From: a virus
Lineage: Duplodnaviria; Caudoviricetes
Strand: one strand, 5' to 3'
IMG/VR virus record: IMGVR_UViG_2872728642_000001
Location: 16,810-80,809 of that record
DNA: 64,000 bases
Shown in pieces: positions 45,763 through 54,538 of this stretch. The number at the start of each line of letters is the position of its first letter. Position 1 is the first letter of the stretch. Both the position numbers and the translations under genes were made by a program. The notes beneath the pieces are model-generated. The model searched no databases. It saw only the letters and a program-made list of their open reading frames with translations, and had not been told where the DNA came from.

Positions 45763-46521
45763 TCAGATCAGGGTGAGTTGTACGGGTTCGGGCGCGTGGG
45801 CGGGGGTGCGCGGTGGAGCCGTGACCGGGCGTGTGGAGGCGAGGTCGTAGCGGCCGTCGTACGGGTCGTGGACCAGCTCGCACGCGTCGATCAGCGACGG
45901 CGCTTTCTCAAGCAGCAGTTGCCACGTCCAGCGCAGAACGGACGGCAGGTGCTTGTCTGGGCCGTTGGCGAGGAGTGTCCCGTCAGCGGAGTCGGCGTCC
46001 ATCGCCGCCGCGGCGTACCGCATCCGCTTGAACGAGTTGACCCGCCCGACGTGGACCCACAGCCCGGCAGCGCACGCGGCGCGCGCGAGCACGGCGGCTG
46101 CGGGGCTGAGCTTCCAGGACGTTGATCCGCCGATGAACAGGCAGTCGAAGTCCTCCCAGGCCCACCAGTCGCAGAATTCGAGGTAGTCCTGGGCGACCAT
46201 CGCGACCGGGTATCCCATTCGCCGGATGCGGTCGAGGTACGGGTATGAGCGGTTCACGGTGGCGAACGCGTTGAAGGGGAGGTCGGGCGCGGTCGCGAAC
46301 AAGCACCGGTCGGCGAACGGCGCGCGTTCCTCCAGCCACTCCATGTACGCCTCGTCGCCGACGTACGTGCTGCCGAAGATGCCAGAGTCGGCGGCCCACC
46401 AGCCCTCCTCGGGGACGCGGTTGCCCGAGGAGGGGGTGAGGATGGCGCCGAGCCGGCGCGCGTGGACGTGCTCCCGGATCCGCGCGGTGGACGGCGGCGC
46501 CAGATACAGCGGCGCGTACAT
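45763..46521 (-). CDS. TGT/DpdA-like TIM-barrel base-exchange transglycosylase
   Basis: 'WAADSGIF' (DSG motif), 'APD', 'AQD', 'LFIGG', 'VHVGRVNS', 'DSADGT'; ATG overlaps the PP-loop gene stop (TGATG). Confidence 0.65.
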   Translation of the reverse strand: MYAPLYLAPPSTARIREHVHARRLGAILTPSSGNRVPEEGWWAADSGIFGSTYVGDEAYMEWLEERAPFADRCLFATAPDLPFNAFATVNRSYPYLDRIRRMGYPVAMVAQDYLEFCDWWAWEDFDCLFIGGSTSWKLSPAAAVLARAACAAGLWVHVGRVNSFKRMRYAAAAMDADSADGTLLANGPDKHLPSVLRWTWQLLLEKAPSLIDACELVHDPYDGRYDLASTRPVTAPPRTPAHAPEPVQLTLI

Positions 46522-47309
46522 CAGTAGCAAGCCGCCGCGGTGTCGAACAGACTCGGCTGCCGGACCTTCTTGCGACGACGGACCAGCCCGGCCTCATACC
46601 GGCGGCGCAGCTCCGCGAGCGTCAGCGGGTATTTGACCCCGGCGACAGTCTCGGTGAGGATCGCCACGTCCTTGTCGTGCGTGACGCGGAACTTCTCCTC
46701 CAGTTCCTCGGCGTAGGCGTACCGCTCCGGGAACTTCTCCAGCGTGAGCAGCCATTGCTCGCGCCCGGCTCGGACGCACAGGCCGCCGCAGTTGTTGTGT
46801 TCGTAGCCCAGCTCGTACAGACGAGGCACCGCGATGCCGAGCGCCCTGCACTCGTCGAGCATGCGGTCCTTGCCCCAGTGCGGCTCGTCGCACATGGGGA
46901 ACTCGACTTGCCACGGCGACCAGCCGGCCACGGTGCCCGGCAGGCGTCGAGTCTCTGCGTGGTCGAATCCGACGTAGGCGATGGTGTGGTCGGGGTCGCA
47001 GTGCTCGGTCATCCATTTCCGGCACGGCACCTGCTTGAGGTGCTTGCTGCAGGGCGCGAGCCGCGAGTTGCCGAGCCACTTGACGTCGAAAAACACCTCG
47101 AACGGCGTTCTGCCGTCCGCGACGATGGTCGGTGCGACGCCCAGGTGGGCGCTGGCGTCGTCCATGAACCGGTAGAGGTCTTCGTCCTCGGTGAGGGTGT
47201 CGGCGAACAGCAGCACGAGGTTGTCCGTGCCGTACCGGGCCTTGACTCGCCGGGCGGCGTGAAACGAGCCGATGCCGCCGCTCATCTGCACGACATGGCG
47301 GGTGGCCAT
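46521..47309 (-). CDS. PP-loop ATPase (PAPS-reductase-like, adenine-nucleotide alpha-hydrolase fold)
   Basis: N-terminal 'VQMSGGIGS', 'FADTLTEDEDLYRF', 'PCSKHLK', 'HNNCGGLCVRAG'. Confidence 0.8.
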   Translation of the reverse strand: MATRHVVQMSGGIGSFHAARRVKARYGTDNLVLLFADTLTEDEDLYRFMDDASAHLGVAPTIVADGRTPFEVFFDVKWLGNSRLAPCSKHLKQVPCRKWMTEHCDPDHTIAYVGFDHAETRRLPGTVAGWSPWQVEFPMCDEPHWGKDRMLDECRALGIAVPRLYELGYEHNNCGGLCVRAGREQWLLTLEKFPERYAYAEELEEKFRVTHDKDVAILTETVAGVKYPLTLAELRRRYEAGLVRRRKKVRQPSLFDTAAACY

Positions 47310-47354
47310 GACGATCTCCTTCGCTGAAGAGAAGGGCCCCGCCGTACGGGCGGG

Positions 47355-47375
47355 GCCGGAAGCGGGACCGCAATC
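47355..47375 (+). promoter_or_regulatory. 21-bp operator-like motif copy (inverted orientation)
   Basis: GCCGGAAGCGGGACCGCAATC. Confidence 0.6.
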
Positions 47376-47381
47376 AGCGGC

Positions 47382-49301
47382 TCAAGCTGCGTTGTCGTAC
47401 TCGAAACGAGACAGCTCGATCCCCAGGAACGCCTCGATCAGGGCGCAGGTCAGAATCTCGGCCATGGGCGGCGGGACCGCGTTGCCGATGAGCTTCACCT
47501 TGTCTCGGGCACTGTCGGCGACGAACACGTAGCGGTCCGGGAACGACTGGGCCCGCTGGAGCTCCGGGATCCGGAGCATCCGGAACAGGATGGACGACAC
47601 GTCGATCTGGCCGTCCGGGGTGAGCAGCGCCCACCGGTCCCGGGTTGGGATCGTCCCCAGGGGCTCGTCCACGCTCTGCGTGCGCCCGTTGCCGTAGTAC
47701 GCCATGAGCAGCGTCTCCGGCAGGGGCAGGCCAGGCGGCGCGGTGACGAGCGACTGGTGCCCGGTCGTGGTGACCGTCCGCATGTGCTCGCTCGTCGGGG
47801 TGACGTGCTCGCGCCCGTCGCCCCGGCTGCCGTTGTTGCGCATGAGCAGCGCTGGCGGCGGCTGCCAGCCGGGAGGGACGCCGAGCCCGTGGTGGAAGCC
47901 GCCGGCCGTGACCGCGTGCGCGGGGTCCTCGAACGCGGGCCGGGATTTGAACTCGTCGCCACCGCCCCGGAACGGGAACATCAGCGGCAACATGCCGTCC
48001 TTGAAGGCTGGGTCAGTAGCCAGCCCGTGGTTGGAGCCGTCCGAGACGAGGGTGGCCAGCGGGTCCGTGGTCGGGTCTGTGTTGCGCGGTCGGCCCGAGC
48101 GCATGAGCGACAGGAACGAGGGGAACACGCCTGGCTGCGCGTCCGGGGGGAAGGCGATGCCATCCTCGTTCCGGGTGGTGCTGGTCCGCTTCGGCATGCT
48201 GACCGGCCGTGCCACCTTCCCGTCGCGGCCTTCGCACGGCACGACGAGCGCGTTCGCCTCCCGCGTAGTGAGCGCGGGGATCGGCTCGTCCACTCCCCTG
48301 GGCCCGTCGTTCCAGGTGCCGCCCGCGGGCGTGATGAACGGTTTGATCCAGTGTTCCTCGACCCCGGCGCGGATGCGGGCGATCGTCTTGGGCGCCAGGC
48401 CCTCGGGCTTCTTCTTCGTCTTCTTCCTGGAGCCGATCGGGGTGCCGAGGTCGGTCCAGTCGATCGTGTACGCAGCCGGGAGACGGGGCGGTTCGATGAG
48501 CTGGCCTTGGCACGCGGCCTCGGGGCACACCCACACGTATTGGCCGTTCTTGATGCCGTAGACACCCACGTCCACGCCGCGCTTCTTCCACGCGCGGACG
48601 GCCTGCACCCATCCGCCGTGGCGGGGGCAGAAGGCGTACGGGTCGAACCACTTGCGGTAGTTCGGCGTGCGCCCGACGCTCTCGTGGATGCCGGAAATAA
48701 GCATCCGGTCGCGGGACTGCGGGGTCGGCAGCGTGGTGCGTCCCTGCACGTGCGCGGCGTTTACGGCGTGGATCTGGATGATGTAGCCGAGCTTCCGCAG
48801 TTCCCGGATCCACCGGTCCCAGTGCGCCCACAACCTCGCCTGGACCACGTTCTCGACGCCGAACCCGAGCACCGGCTTGCCGTGTTTCTCCTGGCAGTGG
48901 CGCAGGTAAGTGACGACCTCCTCCATCAGAGCCCTCGACCGGATGCGGGTCTTCTGGTGCTCGGTCAGGTTGTCCAGGTCGTCGGCCCAGAGGGCCATCT
49001 GGTTTTCCTTGTCGAAGTACCGCGTCTCGCCCGAGGCCGTGGAGAACGCTGGACAGGCCGGCGAGGCCCAGAAAAAGCTGGCGTACGGAAACTTCTCGAT
49101 GGCATCGGCCTGCTGGACGTCGCCGAGCCAGAAGTTCACGTCGGGGTGGTTCTCGACGTACGTCCACTTCGCGGGCTTGGCGTGATTGGCAGCGAACCTA
49201 ATCTTGGTGCCAGGGACGGCGGCGATCCCGGTTCCAGAGCCGCCGCCGCCCGCGAACATCTCGACAACGTCGATGTCGTCGGGGAAAAGCCGGTTCAGCA
49301 C
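47382..49301 (-). CDS. C5-cytosine DNA methyltransferase
   Basis: Motif I 'MFAGGGG', IV 'SPAC', VI 'ENV', VIII 'PQSRDR', X 'IGNAVPP'. Confidence 0.92.
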   Translation of the reverse strand: MLNRLFPDDIDVVEMFAGGGGSGTGIAAVPGTKIRFAANHAKPAKWTYVENHPDVNFWLGDVQQADAIEKFPYASFFWASPACPAFSTASGETRYFDKENQMALWADDLDNLTEHQKTRIRSRALMEEVVTYLRHCQEKHGKPVLGFGVENVVQARLWAHWDRWIRELRKLGYIIQIHAVNAAHVQGRTTLPTPQSRDRMLISGIHESVGRTPNYRKWFDPYAFCPRHGGWVQAVRAWKKRGVDVGVYGIKNGQYVWVCPEAACQGQLIEPPRLPAAYTIDWTDLGTPIGSRKKTKKKPEGLAPKTIARIRAGVEEHWIKPFITPAGGTWNDGPRGVDEPIPALTTREANALVVPCEGRDGKVARPVSMPKRTSTTRNEDGIAFPPDAQPGVFPSFLSLMRSGRPRNTDPTTDPLATLVSDGSNHGLATDPAFKDGMLPLMFPFRGGGDEFKSRPAFEDPAHAVTAGGFHHGLGVPPGWQPPPALLMRNNGSRGDGREHVTPTSEHMRTVTTTGHQSLVTAPPGLPLPETLLMAYYGNGRTQSVDEPLGTIPTRDRWALLTPDGQIDVSSILFRMLRIPELQRAQSFPDRYVFVADSARDKVKLIGNAVPPPMAEILTCALIEAFLGIELSRFEYDNAA

Positions 49302-49570
49302 CCGGACTCCCTGCGGGACGACTCCTCGGCGGCGGACCGCGCGGCGCGGGTCTGCGCGACGGCCTTCGCCAGCTCGCCCTCCGTGGGGAACGGGACGCGG
49401 ATCATCTCCGGGAGCTGGCGGTAGATGATGCGGCCGGTGGCCGTGACGACCGCCTCGTAGCGGCCAGGGAATGACCAGAACACGGACACGGCCCGCAAGG
49501 CTCGGCTCGCCTTGACAAGCGCCATCGCGGAGTGATTTTGGGCAGGGGGTACTGCGGAGTGGCGGTTCAT
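49295..49570 (-). CDS. Hypothetical protein (91 aa)
   Basis: ORF between the MTase and the second PP-loop gene. Confidence 0.45.
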   Translation of the reverse strand: MNRHSAVPPAQNHSAMALVKASRALRAVSVFWSFPGRYEAVVTATGRIIYRQLPEMIRVPFPTEGELAKAVAQTRAARSAAEESSRRESGC

Positions 49571-49602
49571 CTGTGGTGTTGCCTTTCGCGAATAGCGAGG
49601 GG

Positions 49603-50775
49603 TTAGAACGAGAGCGAGAGCTGGGCGGGCCCGTTGAGCCCGGCCAGCCATGCCGTCTCGAAGGAGCGATAGGTCTTGTCGTTCGCCAGCGCGGGCGCGG
49701 CGGTCAGGATGTGCTCGACGCACGGGTAGTAGAGGTTCCGGGTGCGCAGCCACACCCGGTGGTGGCGGCCGTCCGTCTCGACCTCGCGGCCGAGCAGGTA
49801 CGCGGCCCGGTCGAGGTGGGCGAGCATGTCGGCGCGGGTGCCCTCGACGAGGAGTTCCAGCGACCGGTGGGTCTGGCCGCGGGCCATCGCGTCGCCGGGC
49901 TTGGCCGCCATGGCGCGGCGCACGTCGTAGATCGCCCACGGCATCCGGTCAAGGTGCCGCTCGAACAGGTCCAGGAGCGGCCCGCTGTCGGGGTTCGAGG
50001 CGATCAGGTCGTACAACTGCTGGCCGGCGAGGAGCCCTTGGCGCGGGTTCACCGCGACGGCCAGGTGCTCCATCGTGAGGCCGAGCAGCGCTTCATAGGG
50101 GTTGGCCAGGTAGCGCGGGATGGTCCGGTCCCGGCCTTCTGCCAGGGAAAATGCGTAAGGGCACTGGACGCACGCTGACTTCGGCCATCGCACGCCGAGC
50201 CGGTCGAGGACGTACTGCTCGCAGTCGTCGCGGTACCAGCCCCACTCGATCAGCGGGTAGGACGGGATCCGCGTGCCGGGGCCGAGCGGCATGTCACGCA
50301 TCATCCGCTTGGCTTCGCCCGCCTCGAAGCCGATGACGTGGACGAACTCCTCGTTGCCGACGATCTGGGCGATGATCTGGTCAAGGACCCAGCCCTTGAA
50401 CTTCAGGCTGCACTTCCTGATGCCGCCGGACTGAGGCACGGTCGCTACCGACAGCAGTTCCTCGCTGAGCCGGTAGGCGCCTGGCGCTGACGTCAGGCAC
50501 AGGATCGGGTGGGTGGTGTCGTCGAGGATCACGATGCCGTCCGCCTGGCGGCGGCCAGCTCGGGCGACCTGGATGGTGCGGACGCCGTGGCGGGCGAGCA
50601 GCGGGTAGATGTGCTGTTCGACGAGGTAGGCGGTTTCCACCCATTCGTCTCCGGTCTGCGCCGTCACGATCACGAGGTCTCGCAGGTCGAACCAGCGCGA
50701 CGCTGGCTCGGTGAGCCAACGCAGCAGGATCGCCGTCGAGTCCAGGCCGAGCCCGTATGAGAAGATGATCTTCAC
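49603..50775 (-). CDS. Second PP-loop (PAPS-reductase-like) ATPase
   Basis: 'FSYGLGLDST', 'RKCSLKFK', 'YPLIEWGWYRDDC', 'PKSACVQCPY'. Confidence 0.8.
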   Translation of the reverse strand: MKIIFSYGLGLDSTAILLRWLTEPASRWFDLRDLVIVTAQTGDEWVETAYLVEQHIYPLLARHGVRTIQVARAGRRQADGIVILDDTTHPILCLTSAPGAYRLSEELLSVATVPQSGGIRKCSLKFKGWVLDQIIAQIVGNEEFVHVIGFEAGEAKRMMRDMPLGPGTRIPSYPLIEWGWYRDDCEQYVLDRLGVRWPKSACVQCPYAFSLAEGRDRTIPRYLANPYEALLGLTMEHLAVAVNPRQGLLAGQQLYDLIASNPDSGPLLDLFERHLDRMPWAIYDVRRAMAAKPGDAMARGQTHRSLELLVEGTRADMLAHLDRAAYLLGREVETDGRHHRVWLRTRNLYYPCVEHILTAAPALANDKTYRSFETAWLAGLNGPAQLSLSF

Positions 50776-50833
50776 GGGGTCTCCGGAGAGGCCCCCGCCT
50801 CTCGCTCGGGGCGGGGGCGCGTTCGGTCGGCGG

Positions 50834-52450
50834 CTACTGCTCGGCGGGGATGACCACGACGACCGTGTTGATGGCCGTGGCCGGAGCGAACGACTCGGGA
50901 GGCAGAGGCTCGAACTCGCCGTCGCGCTCCTCAACTAGGGCGCGGAACTTCTCAGCCGCCTTGAACTGCTGGAAGATCACCCCGGCGGCCATGACAGCGA
51001 CGAGCCTGCCTCCGGGCTTGAGGAAGCGGAGGGCGTGGGTGACGTGCGCGATGTCCTTGCCGCCGGAGAACGGCGGGTTCATCACCACGCGGTCAAACAG
51101 CTCCTCGCCCGGCTCCATGTCGAAGAAGTCCCGGATGTGGATGCTGTTCGCGCCGGGGACACGCTCGGAGAGAACGCGACCGAGGCCCTGGTCAAGCTCG
51201 ATGCAGGACACGACGGCACCCAGTTCGACGACCGCCGCCGCGATGTTGCCGGTGCCCGCTGAGGGTTCGAGCACCATCATGCCGGGCTGGACGTCGGCCA
51301 GGTCCAGCAGCTTGGCGACTACGGCGGGTGGGGACACGAACGCCTCCCGGTCCCGGCCCACCGTCATGTTGTTGGCCATAGTCGCGGTCGCCCGAAGCTT
51401 CTCGGTGTCGAGCTTCGGCACATCGACCTTCGGCCTGCCCAGGGCCTTCTTCGCGGGCTGATTTGGCGCGAGGACGGCCGGACCGTCCTCGCCGTGCGGG
51501 CACTCGACTCGGCGGATGTCGGTGTACTTCACCTTGTCGGGCCAGGAGTAGCCAGACTCGACGGCGACCGTGACCTTGTTGACCTTCACCACGGTGCGTG
51601 CCCGGATCCCCCAGTAGTGCACGGTGTCGCCGATGTGCACGTTGTGCTTGCCCCACTCGATGTACTCGCCCGCTGAGACCGCCGCGGCGAGCTGCGCCCG
51701 GTCGTACTCAAGCTGGTTCTCGAGCTGGGCCTTGCGGGCGAGCAGCATCTCCCGGTGGTCGCCGGTGGCGGCCTCGTGAGGATCGATGTAGATCGGCTTC
51801 CCCTGGTGGTCGAGGTGCCTGCGGGTGTAGCCCTCCAACGACCGCTCGATCTTGCGCAGCTCGGCCTCAGTCGTCTTGATTCGGCGCGCGGTCACGGTCG
51901 GAGTCGCGGAGCGCCGCATCTGGTTGCCGACCGCGTTGGCGCGCTCAGCGGCGCTCTGCGCCTGGTTGTCCTTGTCGATGCTCTTACGCATCGCCTGGTC
52001 CATCCGCTTCCGGTCGCGCCGGGCACCCCGCTCGGAGTGGTGACCGACCAGGATGGGCTGACCCGCGGCGAACCGCTCACTGATCTGGTGCGCCCGCTCG
52101 TGCGCGGCGGCCGCCGCGCCAGCGTGCCGCCCGGCCTTCGCCTCCAGCGCGTCGCGGCGGTCTTCGAGCCGTTCGGCCTTGTCCTCCAGAACCTGGGCGT
52201 GGTCGCGGTGCTCGTCGTCGATCTCGACGGTGACCTCGAACCCCGCTTCGCGCAAGGCCTTCGCCGCGGCGTTGATCGCCCAACGGTCGGCGACCCGGTC
52301 ACGCGAGTTCCGCAGCCCGATCATGCGGAGGGAGGGGAAGAACCTGAAGTTGCCGTTCTCCCACTTGCGGATGATGTCGAACACGCCGTCGCCCTTGCGG
52401 GTGCCATAGACGAGGGTGCCGTCTTCGTGGTTGTGCTTGATCGTGATCAA
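50834..52450 (-). CDS. DUF3560 domain fused to an amino (N6A/N4C-type) SAM methyltransferase
   Basis: 'GQPILVGHHSER' (DUF3560); 'LEPSAGTG' and 'VMNPPF' MTase motifs. Confidence 0.85.
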   Translation of the reverse strand: MITIKHNHEDGTLVYGTRKGDGVFDIIRKWENGNFRFFPSLRMIGLRNSRDRVADRWAINAAAKALREAGFEVTVEIDDEHRDHAQVLEDKAERLEDRRDALEAKAGRHAGAAAAAHERAHQISERFAAGQPILVGHHSERGARRDRKRMDQAMRKSIDKDNQAQSAAERANAVGNQMRRSATPTVTARRIKTTEAELRKIERSLEGYTRRHLDHQGKPIYIDPHEAATGDHREMLLARKAQLENQLEYDRAQLAAAVSAGEYIEWGKHNVHIGDTVHYWGIRARTVVKVNKVTVAVESGYSWPDKVKYTDIRRVECPHGEDGPAVLAPNQPAKKALGRPKVDVPKLDTEKLRATATMANNMTVGRDREAFVSPPAVVAKLLDLADVQPGMMVLEPSAGTGNIAAAVVELGAVVSCIELDQGLGRVLSERVPGANSIHIRDFFDMEPGEELFDRVVMNPPFSGGKDIAHVTHALRFLKPGGRLVAVMAAGVIFQQFKAAEKFRALVEERDGEFEPLPPESFAPATAINTVVVVIPAEQ

Positions 52451-52509
52451 AGTGCCTCATCAGGTGAGGCGCAGGGCAGCAGCCACCCGCCGCCCTGCGC
52501 GGGGGTGGA

Positions 52510-52749
52510 TTACTGCTGGGGGCCGTGCTCGCAGTCGTGGAGCAGGTGGTCGTCCATCGCGCCGTCGAGCAGCGCGATTCGGGTCTTGTCGCTCTCCCAC
52601 GCGGCACTGACCCGCTCGCGACACAGCAGGCAGACGACTTGGTAGTGCCGCCCCTGGCCCGGGCTGGCCGGGATGTCGTAGTAGCCGTAGCCGCGGGCGT
52701 TGCGGGCGAGTTGGCGGCGGCCACCCTTCGTCGCCGGGTCGAGGTTCAC
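52510..52749 (-). CDS. Small Zn-finger-like protein (79 aa)
   Basis: CxxC...H..H.C; GTG overlaps the upstream stop. Confidence 0.55.
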   Translation of the reverse strand: MNLDPATKGGRRQLARNARGYGYYDIPASPGQGRHYQVVCLLCRERVSAAWESDKTRIALLDGAMDDHLLHDCEHGPQQ

Positions 52750-53387
52750 TCCTCGCCGTCCTCGTCCGACTCCAGGAGCTGGGCCTGCATGAGCTCGACG
52801 ACGATCACGCGGGGAGGCTTGGAGCCGGCCCGGGGCGCGAACACGGCGCAGTCCGGCGGGCACTGCGTGGTGCGGTCGTCCTCGCCGGCCGGGGCGGTGC
52901 CGCAGTACGGGCACCGGGCGCGCGGCACGGTCTGGGCGACGTCGAACGTGCCCTTCTTCACGTAGTAGCGCGGCCCGCGCTTGGAGGACTGCCAGCCGTC
53001 CTCGGCCTGCTCCTTCTCCTTGGCCTTCTCCTCGTCGGTCTTCTTCCGGCCGACGTGGCGCCACGTGCCGAGCGACTTCTCTCCTTCGGCCACGGCGCGG
53101 CCCTGGCTGAGCCAGTAGTCGAAGCCGCCGCAGTGGGTGAGGGGGCGGCGCTGCGCCGCGAGGAGCAACGCGTTCTGCAGCGAGTAGCCGGGCTCGTCGC
53201 TGGCGGGGTCGAGCTTCCAGCCGATGCTCGCCGCGATGTCGCGGAAGTGCTCCAGCTCGGCTGGGTTGGTCAGGCACAGCACGGCGTAGGCGTGCAGCGC
53301 CTCGCGTGCTCCGGTGCGGCTGGCGGCGCTGCGGTCCTTCTGCGCCTGGGTGACTGGGCGGCGCTTGCGCTTCTTGGCGGTCACCAT
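52746..53387 (-). CDS. ArdC-like ssDNA-binding (anti-restriction) N-domain protein
   Basis: 'YSLQNALLLAAQ', 'GGFDYWLSQGRAVAEGEK', 'GTFDVAQT'; lacks the MPTase HExxH domain. Confidence 0.75.
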   Translation of the reverse strand: MVTAKKRKRRPVTQAQKDRSAASRTGAREALHAYAVLCLTNPAELEHFRDIAASIGWKLDPASDEPGYSLQNALLLAAQRRPLTHCGGFDYWLSQGRAVAEGEKSLGTWRHVGRKKTDEEKAKEKEQAEDGWQSSKRGPRYYVKKGTFDVAQTVPRARCPYCGTAPAGEDDRTTQCPPDCAVFAPRAGSKPPRVIVVELMQAQLLESDEDGEE

Positions 53388-53413
53388 TGCGGCCTTCTCC
53401 CTTTTCAGTTGGC

Positions 53414-53434
53414 GATTGCGGTAGCGCTTTTAGC
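53414..53434 (-). promoter_or_regulatory. 21-bp operator-like motif copy
   Basis: GATTGCGGTAGCGCTTTTAGC on +. Confidence 0.7.
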
Positions 53435-53436
53435 GC

Positions 53437-53691
53437 TTAGGAGTGAGTGATCTCGTGGCTGTCCGGGATGGACACGGCGCGGTTGCACGCCAGGCACTCG
53501 TAGCCGTCGCTCTCGAAGCTGCTGTCGCCGAGGTGCGCGGTTATCACGCCGTTCTCCGAGAGGGACAGGACGTTCTCTCGGCTGGCCACGTCCAGTTCGA
53601 CGATGTTGTTGACGGCGCGGCAATTGGGCCAGGGGCAGACGAGCTTGCCGTCCTCGATGAGGACTTCGGGCTCATCGGGGTCGCGGGACAC
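53437..53691 (-). CDS. Small Zn-ribbon protein (84 aa)
   Basis: CPWPNC ... CLAC. Confidence 0.6.
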   Translation of the reverse strand: MSRDPDEPEVLIEDGKLVCPWPNCRAVNNIVELDVASRENVLSLSENGVITAHLGDSSFESDGYECLACNRAVSIPDSHEITHS

Positions 53692-54137
53692 TACACCGCC
53701 ACCTCGCCCTCGGCTCGGACGTGCGTGGTCAGCGGGCTGCCCGTGGTGCCGCTGTCGTAGCGGACGATGAGCCGGACCTTCGTCTCGTCGTCAGGCCTGA
53801 TGTCCTTCACCGTCCCGGCCTGGTCGCCGACGATGACCCGCTGGTCGATGCGGAACGCCTGCATCTGCTCCCGGTTGCCGCGCAGGAAGCTGGCCAACTG
53901 CTCGCTGCCGATCAGCTCCGAGGGCTTCGACCGGCCGGGGTATTGAAGGGCGGCCGCCAGCGCGGTGCTGCCCTGGAATGCCACGACGATCTTCCAGTCG
54001 TCGCGAGTCAGGATCAGCTCCGTCGTGCCGTCGTCGGTCGCGCCGGGCTCGATGGCCCACCCGCACACCCGCGCCCTCGTGGTGATCACGCTGTGGCTGG
54101 TGTTCGGGTTGGTGGCGGGCCTGATTCTCCTGCTCAT
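53691..54137 (-). CDS. Hypothetical protein with C-terminal SH3/Tudor-like segment (148 aa)
   Basis: 'FRIDQRVIV...GTVKDI...LIVRYD'. Confidence 0.55.
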   Translation of the reverse strand: MSRRIRPATNPNTSHSVITTRARVCGWAIEPGATDDGTTELILTRDDWKIVVAFQGSTALAAALQYPGRSKPSELIGSEQLASFLRGNREQMQAFRIDQRVIVGDQAGTVKDIRPDDETKVRLIVRYDSGTTGSPLTTHVRAEGEVAV

Positions 54138-54538
54138 CGGGTGCCTCTCAGTGCGGACACGACGCGTGCCGTGTCGTAGACAGGGTTGGGGAGGTCCGCG
54201 GGGGCGCCGCACTGGCACAGGCCGGTGATGATGACGCCGCCGCGTATGTCGAGCCACCACCGGTTGGCGGCGGGCGGGAAGTAGTGGCTGAGCAGCACTG
54301 CAGCGAGCTCGTTGCGTGGCCGGTCGCCGGGGTGCGACAGCCGGCCGACGATCAGGCGGGCGGCGGGGTACTCCTCGACCTCGGAGATCTCGGTGTCGTT
54401 GTCGCCGTCGCCGAGGGTCAGCGCGGCCGTCAGGTGCCGCGGGTCGAAGCGGTCGCCTTCGTCGGCCGTCCGGAGTTGCACGCGCGTGATCCAGGCCGGG
54501 CTCGCGGCGAGCAGCAGCCCGATCAGAGTGCTCGTCAC
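54134..54538 (-). CDS. Hypothetical protein (134 aa)
   Basis: GTG overlaps the phosphatase stop. Confidence 0.55.
   Translation of the reverse strand: MTSTLIGLLLAASPAWITRVQLRTADEGDRFDPRHLTAALTLGDGDNDTEISEVEEYPAARLIVGRLSHPGDRPRNELAAVLLSHYFPPAANRWWLDIRGGVIITGLCQCGAPADLPNPVYDTARVVSALRGTR

Noticed and set aside
45763-47309. Complete 7-deazaguanine (preQ0/G+) biosynthesis pathway
   Set aside because: No FolE, QueD, QueE or recognisable QueC/Gat-QueC in the window
46521-50775. PP-loop genes as sulfate-assimilation CysH or as a Dnd/Ssp phosphorothioation system
   Set aside because: No cysD/N/C, cysteine desulfurase, DndD/E or SspB/C genes in the window; context is phage DNA modification. Sulfur chemistry cannot be fully excluded
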